Assembly (NCBI GenBank): GCA_963816185.1
Contig: CAWFJJ010000024.1
Coordinates: 320,001 to 384,000 of the forward strand
Length of the DNA: 64,000 nt
Direction: 5' to 3'
From: Thermoanaerobaculia bacterium
Lineage (GTDB): Bacteria > Acidobacteriota > Thermoanaerobaculia > UBA5066
Under the pieces are notes generated by a model that was not told the origin of the DNA, did not search any database, and worked only from the letters and a program-made list of their open reading frames with translations. Numbering within the stretch: the stretch's first letter is position 1; each line of letters begins with the position of its first letter. This document shows, piece after piece, positions 60,694-64,000 of the stretch. Made by a program: the position numbers and the translations under genes.

Positions 60694-61473
60694 GTGCGCA
60701 TCGTCTCGCTCTGCCCGTCGATCACGGAGAGCCTCGTCGCGATGGCGCTCGCGGAGAGTCTCGCCGGCGTCACGCACTACTGCATCCACCCGCGCGAAGC
60801 GCTCAAGGGCATCCCACGGGTGGGCGGCACGAAGAACCCCGATCTCGCGGCGATCCGCGCCCTCGGACCCGACCTCGTCTTCTGCAACTCCGAGGAGAAC
60901 AGGGGAGAGGATATCGATCTGCTGAAGAGAGAGTTCCGGGTGGACGTCTCGCATCCGCGGACCGTTGCCGAGATTCCCGCCCTGCTGCGCCATCTCGGTG
61001 CCCTGACGGGACGGGAGAAGGAATCGGAAGAAATTTCTTTGAAAGTGGAAGAGGCTTTGGAGCGCGTCGAGGCGGAAACTCGGCATTGTGCGGGCGGCGT
61101 TTCGGGCGCGATGCAATCGTTTCGCTACGTCTATCTGATCTGGAAAGACCCCTGGATGACCGTCGGCCCCCGCACGTACATCGCGGATCTGCTCCGCTGC
61201 GTGGGAGGCTCTGTTTCATTCGAAGAATCTCCCGGCGCCGGTGCCTCCGACTATCCGGTGACGACCGAAGACGAGATCGTGGCGTCGCGTCCCGACGTCC
61301 TGATCCTTCCCGACGAGCCTTACCGCTTCCGCGAGCGCGACGCCGCGTTCTGGCGTGAGCGGCTGCCGGCCTCGACGCGCGTCGTCCTCGTGTCGGGCGA
61401 CGATTTCTGCTGGCACGGCGTGCGAACCCTGCGGGGCCTCGAGGCGGCGCGGAGGCTAACGGGACTTTCCTAG
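60694..61473 (+). CDS. Helical-backbone metal receptor (BtuF-like), no signal peptide
   Basis: RIVSLCPSITE, VGGTKNPD, EENR, PDEPY. Confidence 0.8.
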   Translation: MRIVSLCPSITESLVAMALAESLAGVTHYCIHPREALKGIPRVGGTKNPDLAAIRALGPDLVFCNSEENRGEDIDLLKREFRVDVSHPRTVAEIPALLRHLGALTGREKESEEISLKVEEALERVEAETRHCAGGVSGAMQSFRYVYLIWKDPWMTVGPRTYIADLLRCVGGSVSFEESPGAGASDYPVTTEDEIVASRPDVLILPDEPYRFRERDAAFWRERLPASTRVVLVSGDDFCWHGVRTLRGLEAARRLTGLS

Positions 61474-64000
61474 CGTAACCCCTCGGACAGGTAGAGCTCG
61501 GAGAGAAGCCGCTGCACCGTGTACGTGACCGTGCTCTCGTCCGCCGAGATCCAAACCGACGAAACCGCGGTCATCCCGGTCCGGTCGGCCGGAGCGATCT
61601 CGCGCCAGAGCGCGGCCCTGCCCGTGGCGACGTCGACGCGGTCGATGCGGACCGGAAGGGTGTCCCGGCGCCGCACGAGAAGGGAGCGGCCGTCGGCACT
61701 CCAGAGGAGGATGTCGTCTCCTCGGTCGACGCCGGGAAGGGGCCGCGCCTCGCCGCCGTCGATCGGGTAGAGCTTCATCAGCCCCTCGGGCTCGGCGGAC
61801 GGGACGAACCTGCCGTCCGGCGACGGAGGCAGGAGGTAGGCCGTTCCCTCCGGCGTGATCGGCCTCGCCGCCTGACCGGTGACGTCCTGGACGAAGAGCC
61901 GGACGCCTCCGCCCTTCTCGTTCCCCGAGATCACGACATGCTTGCCGTCCGGAAGGAGGCGCGCCCAGTGGTACTGCTCCATCGGTCCTCTGGGGACGAG
62001 CCGCGACTCTCCGGGACCGGTCGGAAGGAGCCGGATCTGAGGGCTCGAACCGAGAGTGATGACGACTGCCCATTTTCCGTCGGCAGACAGCGCCGTCCCG
62101 ACTCCGTCGCCAAGCCGGACGGCGGGAGAGCCGTCGGTCCCTCGGAGGTAAACGCTCGACGGGGCGCCGGCGCCTTCCCCTTCCTCGGTCAGAAGGAGTT
62201 TCGAACCGTCCGCCGAGAGGTCCCGGGCGGTCGACTGGTCGAGCCACGAGAGATCGCGTTCCTTGAGTCCCCCAGGTCCGCGGACGAAGACGCTCGTGAC
62301 CGAGCTTTCGCGCGTCACGAGGACGCGCCCCGCTCGGGAGATGTCGAGGAGCCGGAGGCGCCCGGGGGCTCGAGCGACGGTCCGCACCCGGCCCGTGAGG
62401 TCGACCGCGAGGAGCGACGTGTTCGCTCCTTTCTCGGAGGCCGAGAACCAGATCTCGCGCGCGTCCGGAGTCCAGGCGATCCCCTGCGTCGACTGGTAGA
62501 CGGGCGTCAGGCGCCGCGGCGCCTCCCCGGCGCGGACGACCGACACGGCGCCCCTGTCGTCGCCGTAGACCGGATGGTCGAGGAACGCGATCCGCGTGCC
62601 GTCCGGCGAAACCCGCGGGTGACTGATCCAGCCCGGCGTTTCGAAAAGGACGCGTCCCTCCGGACACTCGAGCCGCGTCCGTCCCTCGACCCACCGGACG
62701 ATGGCGAGGCTCCCGTCCGGCGCCCAGTCGGCGTCCTGCACGTTCTCGAGGAGCTCCCGAGGCGCGCCGCCCGCGAACGGGGCCTGGGCGAGCGTCCCGT
62801 CGGAGATCCACCCGAAGAAGAAGCGCCGATTCAACGAGAGCGCAAGTTCCCCCGACGCCGATACCGAAAGGAGGTCGGCGGGGGGAAGGTCGACCGCCGC
62901 CGACTCGGGGCTTCCGGCGCGCATGGAGAAGACGCGGAACGGCTCGCCGTCCCAGGCGGCGCCGTAGACGATCGACTCGCCGTCTTTCGCGAAGCGCGCG
63001 GTCAGGACCGTTCCTCGGCGGAAGGTGAGCTGGCGGTACCGGGCCGGCTCCGTTATCAGCACCGACAGCCGCCAGATGGCGTAGGCCGCCGCGGCCGCCG
63101 CGAGGACGCCCGCGACGGCAAGGAGGAGAGGTCGCCGCCGCGGCACCGCGGGCGCCGGGGGCATCGGAAGAGGAGCCGACGAGATCGACGAGAGCGCGTC
63201 GAGGTGGAAGGCGAGGTCGCGCGCGGACTGGAACCGCTGCTCCGGGTTCTTTTCGAGGCAGTGGTGGACGACGCGCTCGAGCGCCGGCGAGACGTTCTGA
63301 TTCGTTGCGGAGAGCTCCGGTGGGTCCTCCTTGAGTATCGCGGACATCGTTTCCGCCGCAGAGTCGCCGCGAAACGCGCGCCGACCCGAGAGCATTTCGT
63401 AGAGGATGGCGCCGAAGGAGAAGATGTCGGAGCGGTGATCGAGCGTTTTCCCGCGCACCTGCTCGGGCGACATGTATCCGACCGTTCCCATCAGCAAACC
63501 AGGCTCGGTGGCCTCATCGGCTGTCGGGGTGTCGGTTGCGATGACTTTCGCCAGGCCGAAGTCGAGGATCTTGACACCGCCGTCGTTGGTCAGAAAGACG
63601 TTGGCGGGCTTCAAGTCGCGGTGGACGATCCCCTTTTCATGGGCGGCGGAGAGCCCGTGGGCGATGGCTTGTGCAAACTCCACTGCCTTGCGCCGGGGGA
63701 GGGCTCCTTCCATCAGCCGCTCCTGGAGCGTCTGTCCCTGCAGGAGCTCGGTGACGGCGTAGAGAATGTCTCCCTCTTCTCCGAAATCGTGAATGGCCCG
63801 GATGTTCGGATGTGACAGCGCGGCGATGGCCTGCGCCTCCCGCTTGAAACGGGCGAGGGCCGGACGATTCCCTGCGAACGGACGTGGAAGAACCTTGACC
63901 GCCACTTCGCGGTTGAGCCGGGTGTCCTTCGCCCTGTAGACCTCTCCCATCCCGCCCGCGCCGAGGAGGGCGAGGATCTCGTAGGGACCGAGGCGCGTCC
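61470..64000 (-). CDS. Ser/Thr protein kinase with TM and TolB/PD40-like beta-propeller, 5'-truncated by the window edge
   Basis: [43 protein letters not shown]; repeated SPDG/WAPDG/SADG motifs. Confidence 0.92.
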   Translation of the reverse strand, partial: TRLGPYEILALLGAGGMGEVYRAKDTRLNREVAVKVLPRPFAGNRPALARFKREAQAIAALSHPNIRAIHDFGEEGDILYAVTELLQGQTLQERLMEGALPRRKAVEFAQAIAHGLSAAHEKGIVHRDLKPANVFLTNDGGVKILDFGLAKVIATDTPTADEATEPGLLMGTVGYMSPEQVRGKTLDHRSDIFSFGAILYEMLSGRRAFRGDSAAETMSAILKEDPPELSATNQNVSPALERVVHHCLEKNPEQRFQSARDLAFHLDALSSISSAPLPMPPAPAVPRRRPLLLAVAGVLAAAAAAYAIWRLSVLITEPARYRQLTFRRGTVLTARFAKDGESIVYGAAWDGEPFRVFSMRAGSPESAAVDLPPADLLSVSASGELALSLNRRFFFGWISDGTLAQAPFAGGAPRELLENVQDADWAPDGSLAIVRWVEGRTRLECPEGRVLFETPGWISHPRVSPDGTRIAFLDHPVYGDDRGAVSVVRAGEAPRRLTPVYQSTQGIAWTPDAREIWFSASEKGANTSLLAVDLTGRVRTVARAPGRLRLLDISRAGRVLVTRESSVTSVFVRGPGGLKERDLSWLDQSTARDLSADGSKLLLTEEGEGAGAPSSVYLRGTDGSPAVRLGDGVGTALSADGKWAVVITLGSSPQIRLLPTGPGESRLVPRGPMEQYHWARLLPDGKHVVISGNEKGGGVRLFVQDVTGQAARPITPEGTAYLLPPSPDGRFVPSAEPEGLMKLYPIDGGEARPLPGVDRGDDILLWSADGRSLLVRRRDTLPVRIDRVDVATGRAALWREIAPADRTGMTAVSSVWISADESTVTYTVQRLLSELYLSEGLR

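Overview
High-GC bacterial chromosomal window. The gene content (VWA-type exported protein, several Hanks-type kinases, ECF sigma-kinase pair, E1/E2-fused 2-oxoglutarate dehydrogenase) suggests Acidobacteriota, possibly Thermoanaerobaculia; this is inference only. Most of the window is ordinary transport, signalling and metabolic genes. Two regions stand out. (1) 13.3-18.9 kb is an integron-type cassette array with no integrase in the window. It has an attI-like site right after nuoI, a cassette encoding a HEPN-like protein, and a hicBA toxin-antitoxin cassette. The first attC can be rebuilt base by base as a 60-bp site split by two different IS110/IS1111-type elements, with an IS481 element just upstream. 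The non-coding end of each IS110 element contains a stem-flanked loop with short segments matching its own attC insertion site, as expected for bridge/seek RNA guides. (2) 47.4-55.4 kb is an eight-gene co-oriented cluster combining a PspA/IM30 (bacterial ESCRT-III) protein, a membrane-anchored solute-binding protein fused to an OmpA-like peptidoglycan-binding domain, a NitT/TauT-type ABC transporter, two helical unknowns, a classic-clade AAA+ ATPase and a lipoprotein. It is a candidate uncharacterised envelope-remodelling or stress system. No rRNA, tRNA or CRISPR array was seen. All protein calls come from motif reading, not database searches.
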